NCBI GenBank assembly: GCA_036172245.1
Contig: JAYWIR010000023.1
Coordinates: forward strand, 2,356,001 to 2,420,000
From: Raillietiella orientalis
Taxonomy: Eukaryota
DNA: 64,000 nucleotides
Direction of reading: 5' to 3'
In this document: positions 38,901 to 52,862 of the stretch, piece by piece
Layout of the letters: the number at the start of each line of letters is the position of its first letter
Numbering within the stretch: position 1 is the first letter of the stretch
The notes under the pieces: model-generated
Told to the model about the DNA's origin: nothing
Databases searched by the model: none
What the model saw: the letters and a program-made list of their open reading frames with translations, nothing else
Made by a program: the position numbers and the translations under genes

Positions 38901-41219
38901 AATGAGTATGGAAGATAAGTTTAGCCCGACTGTCGATGCTGAATCCGAATGTGATCAGACCAGCATCCTGAATTTGAATCGGCGCTGCAGTCCTGCGTAT
39001 CGGAAAGCAGCAGCCCGTAGTTGGGCTACCGAATCCTAACTTTCAGCAGCGACTCTTCCGCTCTTTCTTTTGAATGAGGCATCCACATGAACGGACACTT
39101 GAAAACAGCTTCTGCAGCCACGGAATGGAGGCGCCTGAACCATCCTCCGATTCCTACGTTCATCATCGGAAGAAGTTCATTCCGAAATGATCAGAAATCA
39201 TCTCGAATACCTGTTGGAAGCATCCAGAATCATTTTGTTTATTTTTCGAATGATGCACTCACAAAACATAAAGTTCACATCAGGAATGAAACACGAACGA
39301 AGCTACGTCCTTTTTCATGTCTTCTGATTTAGTTCTTGAGCAGCGTTATTTTTCTGTAGAGTTTAAAACCACCGAACGATCAGATGATTCATCACCCGTA
39401 AGCTTAGGAGGTTTGGAGAGGCACTTGCAAACCACCATACTTTTCCCGACAGGATGATTGCCCTCGCCTCTTGCTTTTACGGGGACATCTATCGTTTTGA
39501 TTAGCAATTTTAATGCAAAGGCCATTCAGAGTTGTCTTGCACAAGGATTTTGTACTCGAACGACGAACCAGAAAAATTCTGCATAGCAGTGATATAGTAA
39601 TGTTCATCTTCAAACCTCAAACCGACTGCAGTGCTTTGTTGCTTCATTTGCCAGCGAATGTTTCCGGAAGGCATTTTCTCATTTTTTATTTCTTTTTACC
39701 TCTCTTCCCGATTCTCTTGGGAGTGCAACCAGGGTGTGGAATCCTTCGTCACCGTGGCCGTAATCACTCGAAGGGCTCATCCGCTCACAAGAAAGTTGAC
39801 AGTCAGCAGTTGAGATTCCTTTCCAGCTTTAGTCAAAAGAAGGTTTATTTCCAATGGCATTGATGGAGAAAAGCATTTGCACTGTTTCTTTGAATTTGTA
39901 GTATCTCACAAAATAAAGGGATTCTTTGATTCGGAGCAGAGAGTTGCAAGCAAAGGAAAGAATCTTATTAACAGCAAAGTGAGAGCAAATAGCACGGCCT
40001 CGCTATCTTTGAATCTGTCTTGGAATTCCTAAGCATTTCTTGAACTTATACATGCTCCATATGACCCTCCGAACCTTTGAGAAGAGCAGTTCCTTGGTTC
40101 TTGAATCAATAAGCAGATGATGCCAGATGGTGTTTCTGCGAGCAGCGGATCGAGCTTTAACTTGCTTATTGTCCGGGTAGTACTTCATGATTGCAAAACT
40201 GCTGATGTAAGAATAAATCCCACAAACTGGAGTCATTTAGCCATGTAGGACATTGTGAGGATGCTTTAAGGAAGGAAAGACCGACCAGCGTTCAAAGCGC
40301 CAACGAATTATGAAACGGAGATGAAGTGAAGGACTGCAGTTTCTTCATGTTTTGTCGGGATTTGGAAAAATAGACTCAGGAGGTGTGGCACCTTCGGCTA
40401 AATAGGCACTCCTTGTTTGAATCTAGCACCGAGTTTATCTTCTCACGTCCAGGTGATGATCACCTAATGTAATGACCCTGCTGCCTTCCCAACTGTATCT
40501 TCTTCCACAGCGTGCAAACGACACCTGTGTGTAACTGAAAGGAAACCGGAAAAACAACAGGATAGTTGGGCATTAGGATAAAATGTAAACCAAAAGAGAG
40601 TGAAGACCTCATCAGCAATAAAGCTACCGATCTCAAAGAAACTTGTGCACTTTTTAGTGTGATAAGAGGTTCGTTTCCGTATCCGAAATGTGAACAGATT
40701 TCTAGTCGAGAGATTTATATTTGTGTAGCCAAAATCTTCTGCTCCTGTGATTTCCTCATTACTGGAACAATCAAATATGGTTCAAGAAATGGTAACGAAA
40801 AGCTGTTATAGTCATTGAAATCATTAACAGAGCTCCTTAGAAAGCTTTTTGAGATCGCATATTTACTAAGCATGCATAGTTTTTGATATTTAAGTATGGG
40901 TAGGGTCTAGCAATTCCTCTGTGGTCTCTCCTGTCAGAGGAATGCAATGCCTCTTGTTGAAGACTAAAGCTAGCAGGCATCTGGGCACTTCGTTCGGGTC
41001 TCTTTGTGCTCTCCACCGAGAAGCTTCGCTGACTGCTTAATGAAGGACTTTGGCTCCATGTTTCCTCCCGAAATGATCTTTGGCGACGTGCAAAAACATC
41101 TCTGTCTGAGGTTCGCTAAGTACCTCTCCGAGCCGGTCGCGTGCCTCGAGGCACACGTGGCTCTTTTAAACACACTGTTTTGTTTCCACGCCTCTCCCCT
41201 GCGACGACCCCGCAGGGTA

Positions 41220-41970
41220 TCGTGTAATTCTTCAGGGGGCACCCCAGATGGGGGTCCGCCCCATGAATCCAGGAAGGACTCGGAGTCCGTTCCTCTCACG
41301 CTTGGGGAGTGATCCCCCTGGATGGGGGGCATCGCACCTCCCACCCTGGTTGTCTCCGAAGGGTAACCCCGAAGGGAATCTCCTTCCTCATTCTCTCCAG
41401 AGGGACACCCCCCTAATGGGGGCGGTCCTCTCCATTTCATCTTCTCCGAAGGGAACTCGGAATGGATCCGCTAGTAGAGATTTCTTCTCCGGAGGGAACC
41501 CGCAAGGGAACCGCTCCTGTTCACTCCTCTGAAGAGAACCTAGAAGGGACACTTCCGAAACTCAGAAGGGGCGCTGCAGCTTCCCGCAGGGAATCGCTCT
41601 CGCTTGCTTCCTTGCACTCTGGGAAGAGGCGACGACTCGAAGGGACCTCCCGCAACAGGGGGAGTCTGCTCCTTTGAACAACTGGAGAGGTGACCGTTAG
41701 GGCTCCTGCTCCATCTTGAAACCGGTGAGGGGGGGTCCGCTCTCTTATTCCTGGAAGGACCCGAAGGTCGACTCCCATTGTTCCGGCCTTCATCGGGGGT
41801 CTTCGGCTTAATCCAGCGCCGGTGCCACGCCCGAATGATTAGGCCAACCAGCGCCATTTTGCAGGAGAAACTCGGAACCCAACGACGCAGTGGCTCAGTT
41901 TCTGCCGGAGTATTCGAACCCTCGATGCATGGTGCCACGCGCGGAAGCCTTAACTACAAAGTCTCCGACG
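41220..41970 (-). mobile_element. tRNA-headed SINE-like repeat, copy A (head plus GC-rich internally repetitive body)
   Basis: B-box-like GGGTTCGAATAC at 41921-41910; homologous by eye to 50270-50445, 50930-51500 and 56745-56870. Confidence 0.6.
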
Positions 41971-42294
41971 CGTGCCTCTCTGTCTGTGGTGCAGTTGGTA
42001 TCTTCTGTCATGTTCTGTTCCGATATTGTCAACAAGCACAGAGTTAAAATCACTGGTGTCATCTAGTACAAGAGCACAACTAGTGTTAGTATAGAAATGA
42101 AAAGAAGAGCCGAGGCAAAAAGCCTTTCCACCCAAACTGCAGTCACGTACCGGAATGGCAATTTTTCCAGCAAAATCTACTCCTTGCAAGAAAGCACTGA
42201 CATTATTTACCTTTTTTACTCTTTCTAGTTAAGGAAACATTCTTCCGTGAATATGAAATCGACGCAGTCTATTCCAGCTACTTAATCTAATGCT

Positions 42295-42328
<34 letters not shown>

Positions 42329-42330
<2 letters not shown>

Positions 42331-42373
42331 CCTGAAGGATCAGATTCTCACCACCAATGTCTGGGTGGAACAC
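42329..42373 (+). CDS. nAChRalpha2: nAChR gene 2, 45-nt exon with loop D (NLKDQILTTNVWVEH)
   Basis: T28 tract then ag|AAC...CAC|gtaagt; NLKDQILTTNVW is typical of insect alpha2-type subunits. Missed by the ORF track. Confidence 0.92.
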
Positions 42374-45300
42374 GTAAGTAGACCTCACTCCTAATACTTC
42401 TGGCAAGGGCAATTCTTCCGTTATGCTGAGATTCGATCAGATGCGAGAAAAATGACTTCGATCGTTTTCTGGAGCTTTCATTTCTGCTGTTAATTGCGTT
42501 GATACAGAGCTTTCCTTTTGACTGTTCGAAAGAAGGAAAGCTTCTAACTTGTTCCGTCCATTTTAGATGTAAAACGTTTTACGTATCTCTTCATCAGTTG
42601 TCGAGGTATTGGGGGGGAGGGGGGTTCGTACTTCGATTCAGATAACTGTTTCCTTCGTCACCCGTCCGACATTAATGATGTGTTTTCATTCCTACTTCAA
42701 AAAGATTGCCAGAAAGAAATTTAGTGGGCGAAAACGCGAACATCCACCAATTAAGTCAAGTGCAAATGTACAAATGTGGTCTGCAGAGATTCCTCACGCG
42801 TCTGGATTGATCTGAACTATCTATGGGATACGAGCTTCCGAACGAATCCTAGATATTTCGTTCCAGGGTCCTGGAATGTCAAAGAAATCCCAATTTTCGG
42901 AACTCTTATTTGCTGTGCGGAAGCTATTGTGGACTCAGGGAGGCGGGAGTCCAGACTTGCTTTTTGATGAGCCACAACAGTGGGAATAGGGGAATATGGA
43001 AATCATGTTGTCAGTTTATGTAAAGTTGAAAGGCCCGTGACTGTCCTGCCGCGCTTTGTAAGGACGAAAAAGAAAACACTGACAAACCCTGCTTTTTTCT
43101 TTGCATAGCAGTTATAAGAAAAGCTCGAAGGTTTCTAAAGCAAACAAGCCAATGTGGAGGGAGCAAGAAGCTCTCGGTAGAATCCAATGCAACTGAATAA
43201 CGGCAGCGCAATGGATGAAGAGGAAAACAAGCTGGAGATGACCTTTCCCTTGTGGATGACAAGCAGCTGCATTACAAGCAGTATAGAGAAAGTGTTTTAA
43301 GAGAGAGAGTCCGGAGTGAGAAGAACTTTTCTTCTTATCACCAGCAGAGTCCTGCTAACAGAATTTCTCCTTTATTCACCTTCTGCTATTACAGGATGCA
43401 GTGCTGAGATTTACATTTCCCTGGTTACTTTGCACGTTCTCGATTTTTGTCCCAGACTTTCTATCTCTGTACATATTAGAACGAAGAATTTCGCCTTCTC
43501 CTTCCATGTGAAATTGCTAGATGTACTTTTGAATACAGTGACGAAAAGCATTGGAAGCCTATTTTAGCATCAAGCATCAAAGAAACATGTTTTGCATCGA
43601 AGGTTTGGACCAGCAAACTGGCCTCGGATCATGGCATGCTAGCCGACTTTTCTGGTGCTACGTGATTATTTCCACTAGAAGGTCCGCACCATGGAAACGG
43701 AGGTCACACGATCTGATCATCTGATACAAATAGAGAAACTTCCATAGGATTTTCATCATTTTTAGCAAAATAAAAATCCCTGTTCGCATGGCCACTGCTA
43801 TGAAATGAGTTGATGTTATTGGTGCCTAAAGAACATACGTGGATTTCGTGAAAATCTCGAGACTGTATTTTTACTTTGTAAATTTGATGGTGAAACACAT
43901 TCTGAACTGGTTGAATTGGAGTAGCTGTGGGGCAGCAAGACACTTATGACAGGGTAGTATGTCACAGTGCTACATGATCTGGAGAAAAAAAACCTCAAGT
44001 TGGACCGATGAGCCCTCATAATATGGGGCGTTTGCTACAGCCTCTTGGTTTTCTACTTCCCATTTGGTGGTTATTAAAGATGAAAATTCGTAGCGTTCGA
44101 TGATGTTTGACGCAGTATTGAAAATTTCCGAAAACTTGATGACTCATATTGCTGAACTGAAGTCCTGTATTAAAACAGGAGTTTAGCAAAGGTGCAGTTA
44201 TTATATAGAAATATTTGCTTGTAGGTTTCATCTTAATTCGTTTACCGTGAGAATCAGGTCACAGATTAATTTCCATGACACTGTCACTTGACTCAACCTC
44301 AAATCTGACTCTGAATCATCTGACAAAATTCAGATGCAAGCGTTCTCTAAGTTCGTGCATCTCCTCTCTGGCTTTAGCGCCGCCCTTCTGTAATATCCAT
44401 GCTTCTCTCTGAATCTGTCTTCCAACAACTTGGAGCCGAAAGAACTGTCTTTTTTTTCTTCTCTTTTTGAACCTTTGCTTCGATCTTATCAAGGTGTAAC
44501 ATCTTTTCTTGTCAACTGATAAAACTATCCACCTGACTGCTGGTAGCTCCAACTACCCGGCGGTTCATTTCCAAATTTAGCGCGAAACTACTGCGACCAA
44601 AGCTCTGTGATGGAAAGGTACTCGAGTCATGATCATGTCAACATCTTTAGTCTTATTTTTGTTTGTTAACCCTTTTTTTTTTTTTATTTTGGAGGGAGGG
44701 GGACTTCGGGGCAGTCCAGTAGCGTTTGCCAACAGTGTGCTCATTTGCTAATTTATGGACTTTTCTTATTGTGTTCCACTGAATTTAGTATTGTATCGAC
44801 CTCTTGTTGTCTAGAGTTCACAACACAGTTCCTCTAGTTGTTCAGATTATGGAATAACAATCCATCTCAAGCTTTTAGGAAAGAACGATTGCTTCAGAAG
44901 TATCGTCTTGAAGCGGTGACTCCCGGATTGACGCTTAATTTCAGAGCTCTTGAGCTGCTCTGCCTCGATTCATTAGGACTTTGAGCACGGGAACACAAAT
45001 ATGTGACGTACAGGAGCAACCACCGAGCAGCTCTCGTTGCGTCTAATTCAACTTCCGTATCGAGGCATTCATTTTAAGCACACCGGAGAGAATATTTCAT
45101 GAAAATCATGCTGAGATGTTACCCGCATATCATCCCAACGCTGAATGCGCTCTGTGTATCTCTCTGGATCAATAGAACGCAAGGCTTGTTTCTGAGAGCA
45201 AGTTCTGCTTCCTCTAGTCAAGATCGCGACTGATCTACTGAAACAGGTGCAGCCAATACCAGGCAAATTATTATTAGCAGGAGTGAGGATTCATCGTGAC

Positions 45301-48300
45301 TCGTCTTGAGCAGGAAAATGCTTCTCATGAGAATCTCTTACAGTTGACACATTCCTCACCACTTAAAGATGAAAACAGCTGCATTTTTTCCGGATAATTC
45401 AAAGGCGTTACAACATGGCTGTTTTTCTCTTTAGTGAGAATGCGAATGGGATTCTATCAGTAGATGTGCGACAGCCGCGGTTCCACCCTCACCTTTCAAA
45501 AAATCACGTGAGTTCTTACAGCAGTTTCAGAACTCCCTTGCAGATTAGGAAGCACGCAGTTACACCGCAACTCTTTGCTCTTCATCTTTATTACCTTTTC
45601 CTTCATCGCCTGCATTTCTATGCAGCAAGAGGTTTTCCGGTTTCCGCTGCGAGGCATACGATAGGCGCAGCGATTGGTTGGTAGAAAGAAGGAGTCTTTG
45701 CCCATCTAAAGTGGGGCTGAAAGAGCAGTCATAGATCTTTGTGCACCATACTGTGTACAGTTAAGATGTTGAGGCGAAACGGTCTATACGAAACTCATCA
45801 CACAACGAATGCGTTACACTAAAGATGTGTACATCACAACCCTCGCAATTGTATCTCTGTATCTGTTATTCCTATATCTCTGCTTCGCTCATCTTTTTTG
45901 CCTCAAGTTAGCATTTGGGATTATGACCTTCGGCTCATGTATTTGGACAATCCTGGAGCACGAAAATGCTTCTGAGGTATTTGCTTACCCGGTGCTCTCC
46001 CTTTTCTTCCTGAGAGGAAAAAAGATAATCTAATTCAAGGCGGTTTGCATTTGGTAGGCCTTTTGGGTATGGTTTGTGTCGTGTTCATTAGTTCCGGAAA
46101 AAATGACCATGCCTTTCTGGGAGAGGAGTTGGTATGCAAAAGAAATTGGACATATTGTAAGAAAAAATATTTTCCGAAATCTTTCTTCGCCCCTTTTGTT
46201 CCTTTTCAGCTCTAACGGCGATAAATCCCTCAACCTCTAAGAGCTCTAAGGAAACCCTCACAGATATTCCATCCCTCACCCTTTCGTCCTATATGCTGGG
46301 TGGATAATGGCTACCTTCCTGTTCCCTCAGGTGTTTCCAATGCTTCCAGTGCCAACGTCCACTTCGCAGAAACTTTCTTTCATTTGATCTGACGATTTCG
46401 GGGAGGGATGGGGGAGACAGATCCTTGTGTTTCATCTCCAGATATTCTTGGTTTCTTTTCTCCGGTAACACTGTTGATCGACTCGAGAATTTCCAAGTAC
46501 TCAGAACTCTCAGGAAAAAAGAGAAATGGGTTGAGTGATTTCCCACGAGCAGTGTGGGTAGGAAGACACGTCGTTGACAGCACCTCAGGACTGCATCTCC
46601 AGTCAGAAGTAGTGCCGGGGCGCAAGAATTTGCGCCCCGGCACGAAAATCCCTTCCCAAGTTTGTATCGATTGAGCGGGTTTCACACACGGCAGCCGCGC
46701 CCGAGAAGGCGGAAGGCCTACCGGAAGTTCACCGAGTGCTGCGTCTGAGTTCCGGCATGAGTTGGTGAGATCTTCCGGGACAGGAAAGCGGAAGACGGAT
46801 TTTTGCATCTGGAGACTGGGGCGCGCGATTCACAAGGAGATGGAGGTGCTGCTCTTTCTCGAGAGATTCCCGAAAGCAAAGCCATCTTCAGGAGACGGCT
46901 TAAGGCAACAACGAAGATAACTTAGCGATGTCAGGATAAGCTTCATTACGTTTCTCATCTTTCTACTTGTTTGACTTTTCCTTGAGATTTGTTTTCCGTT
47001 TCTTCCCTTGTGATTGCTTTCTCCCAGCTCACCCTTCCTTTCCCTTCGATTCATTTGCTTTCTCCACGAAAGACCAAGATCTCTTGTAGATGAAATGTGT
47101 TCGAACCAATTAGAACAAATCAAATATGAAATCAATCTCGTGGACCAAGGAAATTATTAGATGCGTCCCGTATTGAATTCAAGTGGAATGTGATGCATCC
47201 TAGCAGGTATTGCTTTTGCTGGACCCCGTAACTAGGTCGAGGACCAAATCTTTGATCTCGTGGAATTGTTTATGGCTTATTTCTGTCGCACAGAAACGCA
47301 GAAAAATGGAGCATAGAGAGCAGCATCAGCTACTGACATCTCTTGGAAAAAGAACCGTAACGAGTTCTTGAAATGCTGAGGGGGGAAAGGGGGTGACTGA
47401 ACTGAATTGAGGAAGGAGAAAGGCAGAAGGGAGTCCTACTGGATTTCTGGAGGCGATTCACCGCGCTCGGCTTCCATCGCAGACCACGCTGTGACGTTGA
47501 ATGATTATGGCAACGTATTCACCCTGTGACTGACTACATCACATACCCATGGTGAGGTGCTCAGGCGTGCTTGAGCCCTCTGCCCTTCCGTGTGTCGAAA
47601 AATATACCCTGTGAACAGTCATTTCCGGAAACGTCACCGGGACTTGTGAAATTTCGCGACTGACTAACGCTCCCTCGTGTGCTGACCTTGAAACTCCAAT
47701 GGTGATCCGAGCTGAGGGTGCCTTTCGGCTACCAGTGCGAAGAATGACTTCCTTGCTGCTCTTATCCCTTTGAAATACGACATTCAGAGAAATCCCGAGT
47801 TTCCGTGATTAATGCATTCAATCAGAAAAGTTATTATCTGATCACGTAGGAGCAAATCCCTCACACAAATTTCGATCTTTCATATTTGCGACTGTCGCTC
47901 GTAAAAGTTAATCCGCTACTTCGGGATGGAAACATTTTTCAAAGAACGCTCCCTCGCAAAGAAACAAATAATTTCTTCCGCCGAAGCGGCGTCATGCGGG
48001 ACTACGCTGCTCGCTGCTAGCTGGACCATTCTTCATGCTCCTGGGACGATGCTTTCGGACGAATAGCAGAAGTTGCTTTGATCTTTACGAATCCAAGGCC
48101 GCCGCCAGGTGACCCGAGAAGGTCCGTTCGCAGGAACTGATACGAAAGGGTCACGTGTTTGGATTGGCTTCCGGTACTAAATGAGTTTTTTTTCGCAAGT
48201 GGAGGTGAAGCGCTGCTACATATCGCAACCAAGGAAATAAACGTCGAGCACAAGGGAAACCCTTGTTAGAGACACCGTCCTTCGTGGGATTATTAGAGTG

Positions 48301-49264
48301 CCTCCTTCACGCAGTTCCTGTGCATTCGGTATGAACTTAACGAATAAGAAAGGTTTCCTTGAGCTCGAAGTAGCGTTCAAGGAGCCTGTAATTCCGACTA
48401 ACACCATCATCCTGGAGATTCCCTTTATTCGAGATGTGTTCTTCTGTAACTGGATGCCGAAGATGCGTTTCTTCTTCCTGAAGACAATGAATGCTATGTT
48501 TTCCGGTCCGCGTTCCGTACAATGCTTATCTCGAGTGTCCTATCTGATCTTTCTTGCTGAAGTTCATTAACAGTGCTGAAAAGCATCAGTTCCGTAGTGA
48601 CGCAGGAGCTTCTCTATTCCTCGAAGCACAGCTCACAATGGACGAAGTCGATTTCCTCTGTGGTTGATCACAAAAAGCAAAAAAAAAAACAAAAAGAAAA
48701 GAAAATCGTAGCCACGTTCTGGTCTCCCGGATTTCCATTTATTTCCTCGAATACGCTAGATCTGATCAAGAGATTGTTTCAAAACCACATTCCTCAGAAT
48801 GAACAACAACTGTTTGTTCTATACAAATCCTTTGAAGTGCAGTACACTGGATCCATTCTTACCACGAAAACAAACGCAGAGTGCAGCCTCTGAATTCCCT
48901 GCGCTGTGGAAAATGAACAGGAAATGAGTGGTTGTATTCTCTTGATGTGCTCTCCTGAGGGCGAGGAAATTGGGAAAACTTATGCTTCAAGCAAGCGACC
49001 TTGATGACTACTTTTCGACATATTTTCAACGGGACAGGCGAAAGACTGTCCCCGGATGGAAAGTAGGAATCTTGGTCAAGAAATATTACTAAACAGGAAC
49101 AGTTCGTTTGCGGTAGATCCTTGGAGAGAAAACCGGCATACTCTAATAGAGAACAGTTTTCCGATTCCTGGTAGCGCACGGAATGTTCGAATGCCAGCGA
49201 TGCGGAAGACAGCAGAGTCTAGCGTGAAACCAAGGGTTTTCCTTTGAATGCTGGCGTTTCTATT

Positions 49265-49662
49265 CCGACCACATGCGTCTTCGTAGCTGAGTAGGGGGCG
49301 TTGCGCGGTGGTTAAAAAAGGAAACCCAATTCTTCCGTGTGTCACGGAGATTTGTGCCGCGTCGCTGCTATCAAACGAGAAGCTGAAGAATGGGACCGGA
49401 GGCCGGGTGCACCTGAGCACCTTCCCGAGTCCGTGAAGGATGTCCCCGCTCGAGAGTTCACATCCGTCCAATCCAGCGGCCATCACTTTGCACGCAGATG
49501 CTGGCTGAAGAGGGCGAGCGAGGGGGAGGAGGAGAATCACGGAGGAAGTGCCCTACGAGATATCCGATGGCAGCACGGATGCGTGCGTCCGGAGTCTCTG
49601 GCAGTATCGGAACGGTAAACGCGCGGATTTTCATTTCGCACCGAAATTGCGGAGGACCGCTG
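49265..49662. repeat. Left arm of a 398-bp inverted repeat
   Basis: Reverse complement of 52465-52862 with three mismatches by eye; the ORF track shows near-identical peptides on opposite strands. Confidence 0.95.
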
Positions 49663-50269
49663 TCCATCTGCGAAGCTGATGCCATGATTCTGGAAGGCTG
49701 GACAGCTCTGCGCCAACCGGTCGCCGGCGTGCTTTAACTCCAGTCGTGTGTGTGCACTCGACGAATACAGATTGCAAAGTGTCCTCCCACTCGTGTTTGA
49801 CTAATCCCTGGCATTCGAGGAAGGATGCCAAGGATTGCCGATGCCGAGGGCGTCGTTCCCGTGAGGCCCTGCAGTGACTGTTTCTCTGCATACTGATTCG
49901 GTCTTGGTCGTTTGCAGCTCGTCGTAATCAAACTGGAAGAATTTAGCAAATTGCAAAACGGTTCGGCGATCATGGCGTCGATCTTGAAATAGCATGGGCA
50001 CTGTTTTGTGGAAGAGTGCTTTATGAAGGCTCCCAAAGGGCTTCCTCTCTTTCTCACTGGCTTCAGGCCCTAAAAGTTTTATTCGCTCCCCATAGGAATG
50101 TGAAAGTGAAACCAGGTCGTGATAATGAAACGTGATGAATAAATAAGCAGCCAGTGGACGAAGAAGGCAGTGAGCGGATCAAAAACCCTTTTGGAAGAGA
50201 CGAGATTGTGCCACGTGAACAACAACCGTACAACGGAATTTACCGTAGCCACACGGTCCACGCTGGCGA

Positions 50270-51500
50270 CACCGTGGCTACTGCGGTCTCCGCGTCAGCG
50301 CTTGGTGGCACCAAGCATTGGGCGGGTTCGAATCCCACCCGGGGAAGGATCGATGCCGAGAAATGGGCGCGTCGTGGGTTTCGAGTTGCTCCTGCAGAAT
50401 GACGCTGGTTCACCTACGGGCTTCGGGTGCGGCGCTGGTTGACACCCGGTCATGCCGGAGCGTTTCTTTTTAAACCTCCATGTGTGTGGCAGGACGTTTG
50501 ATCCTGCCACGTTACTTATGGATACGAACAGGAACGTGCCGGGATCTGGCACGCAGGCCAGCAGGGTGCGCTTCGGCAGCACGAGGGAAGGGGAGACAAA
50601 CAAAAAGAGAAAAACGAACCAAAAAAACTGCAGTCGAAAAGGACGAAGGGGGGGGGATGTTCGGGAAGGTATCACTGTGTGTTGGAGGGCGCCCGCTGCA
50701 TCCTCGTAAGGATGCCGGCAAGTTCCTGTTTTATGGTTCCCAGATGGGGTCATCTTGACGCTGTCCTCATGTAGAGAACAGCAAAATGGATGGCATCCTT
50801 ATCATTCTGGTCTTTGCTCGAAGTTCCACGCGCGACCACGATCCCGCGTAGGCAGCACAGTGCTGCTAGGGATGCGACCGGCGAGAGGGCGTCGCTCAGG
50901 AAGAGGCGCTTTAAAACGTTTCTGGCGTTGCCGCCAGGGGTTCCAAGTGCTGTGTCCAAGCGTTGCCGAAGGGGCCGGAGGGCGGCACAGTCTACTAGGG
51001 TGTGCGGCTCTGGTGGAGACCGGAAACCGGATGCTCCTGTTGACTGGCCGGGACTGGAAGTCGACGGTCTGAGGTCCTTCCAGGACCAAAGAGGTGGTTC
51101 CTTCTGGTTTGTGAGAATGGAGCCTCTTCCCCCCTCGGGGGGTTGTTGCCTCTCCGGAACGTCAAGAAGCGCGCTGTTCCCTTCGGGGTTGGAAGCTCCC
51201 TTCAGGGAAATAGAGAAGCGTCCCTTCATGGTTCTCTTCGGAGGGGGAAACGAGGAGCGGTTCTCTCGCGGGTTCCCTCCGAAGAAGAAAAGGATGGAGA
51301 CCCCCATTTCTTCTCCTGAGAAGGAACCCCCCACAAACCAGGAGGTTCCTTCGGATAGAACCAGGAATAGATTCCCTTCGGGGTTCCTCTACCTTCCAAG
51401 CGTAGGAAGAACGCTCTCCGTCCTCCGGAGCCTCCATGGATTCACAGGGTGGCCCCTACTGGGTCACCTCCTAACTTGAAGAGTTGACATGCACCCTCAG
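50270..51500 (+). mobile_element. tRNA-headed SINE-like repeat, copy B (head 50270-50445, body about 50930-51500)
   Basis: A-box-like GTGGCTACTGCGG and B-box GGTTCGAATCC (50325-50335). Body shares blocks such as accccgaagggaatct and ggagggaacccgc.ag.gaaccgctcct with copy A, in inverted orientation on the + strand. Confidence 0.6.
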
Positions 51501-52464
51501 GTAGTGCGGACAGCTTTAAAGAGCTTGGTGAGACCCCCCCTAAGGAGTCGAGCAGTTCTTCAGTACTCTTGGGAAACCTCCCTCTTCCCAAAAGGAGACT
51601 CCCACGCTGCGTACCGAGAGCCCTGCCCACTCACGCGGAGCGAAGAAGGGAGATTGTGCCATGCGAGCATCAATCACACAACGGAATTTTCAACTGTCGA
51701 CTTGGATGCAAGTCTTCTGCTCGTTTCTGGATGTCGCTCAAGAGAACGTTGAAGGCTCGAAGGTTTTCGTTATCCACGTGCGGTTGGTGGAGGAAGAGTC
51801 TTGCAACCTCACGTTCACCGAGGCAGCCGCCTCTCCGTAGCTCGCGTTTCGCTCAGGTTTCTGTTGCTCCTCCTCTCGAGATTTCCCGAGTGCGCATCCA
51901 CCGTTTCGCTCCAGCGTCCTCGCAGCTCCACTCGCTTTCCGATCTGAGATCTCCTTCCATTACTGGAATAGACCTGGAAAGAGTCACGAAAGCTACACGC
52001 AATGACTCGAAAGAACGAGCTCGCTTCCCACCGGGGCTGGGATCGAAACCCTCTATTTCCGTTCGACCGTCCCCGGTCCATGTCTTCTCTTGTTTACCCT
52101 CGACTCCTTTGGATATGGCCGTTTCAGTTTCCTCATCCGCAATCCGAAGATTTCCCATTCCTTTCGCTGATTTGAAAACACATACACATACGAAATGAAG
52201 TAAAAGCTCAGGAAGGGCAGCTGCAGAGGATCGTCGGGTAAAGGAACGCAAGCGCAGAAGACTAGTCAGAGGGAAAGGGAAAATGGAATCCGGAAGAATC
52301 GCGTGCGGGAAAAGAGATTCCCGCGCCGAAGGATCAGGGCGTCCGAGCAAAGAGCGCGGGTACATTAGCAACGTGGAGGGTTGATGGGATCCTTGGAGGG
52401 CAACAAGAGGCGAGGGAAACACCTGCGGCTGAGATGGCAACGCCCGATCGATCATCGCGATTGC

Positions 52465-52862
52465 CAGCGGTCCTCCGCAATTTCGGTGCGAAATGAAAAT
52501 CCGCGCGTTTACCGTTCCGATACTGCCAGAGACTCCGGACGCACGCATCCGTGCTGCCATCGGATATCTCGTGGGGCACTTCCTCCGTGATTCTCCTCCT
52601 CCCCCTCGCTCGCCCTCTTCAGCCAGCATCTGCGTGCAAAGTGACGGCCGCTGGATTGGACGGATGTGAACTCTCGAGCGGGGACATCCTTCAAGGACTC
52701 GGGAAGGTGCTCAGGTGCACCCGGCCTCCGGTCCCATTCTTCAGCTTCTCGTTTGATAGCAGCGACGCGGCACAAATCTCCGTGACACACGGAAGAATTG
52801 GGTTTCCTTTTTTAACCACCGCGCAACGCCCCCTACTCAGCTACGAAGACGCATGTGGTCGG
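52465..52862. repeat. Right arm of a 398-bp inverted repeat
   Basis: Reverse complement of 49265-49662. Confidence 0.95.

Noticed and set aside
50270..50345. Functional tRNA gene
   Set aside because: No proper cloverleaf or 7-nt anticodon loop, and it continues into a repeat body shared with other copies.
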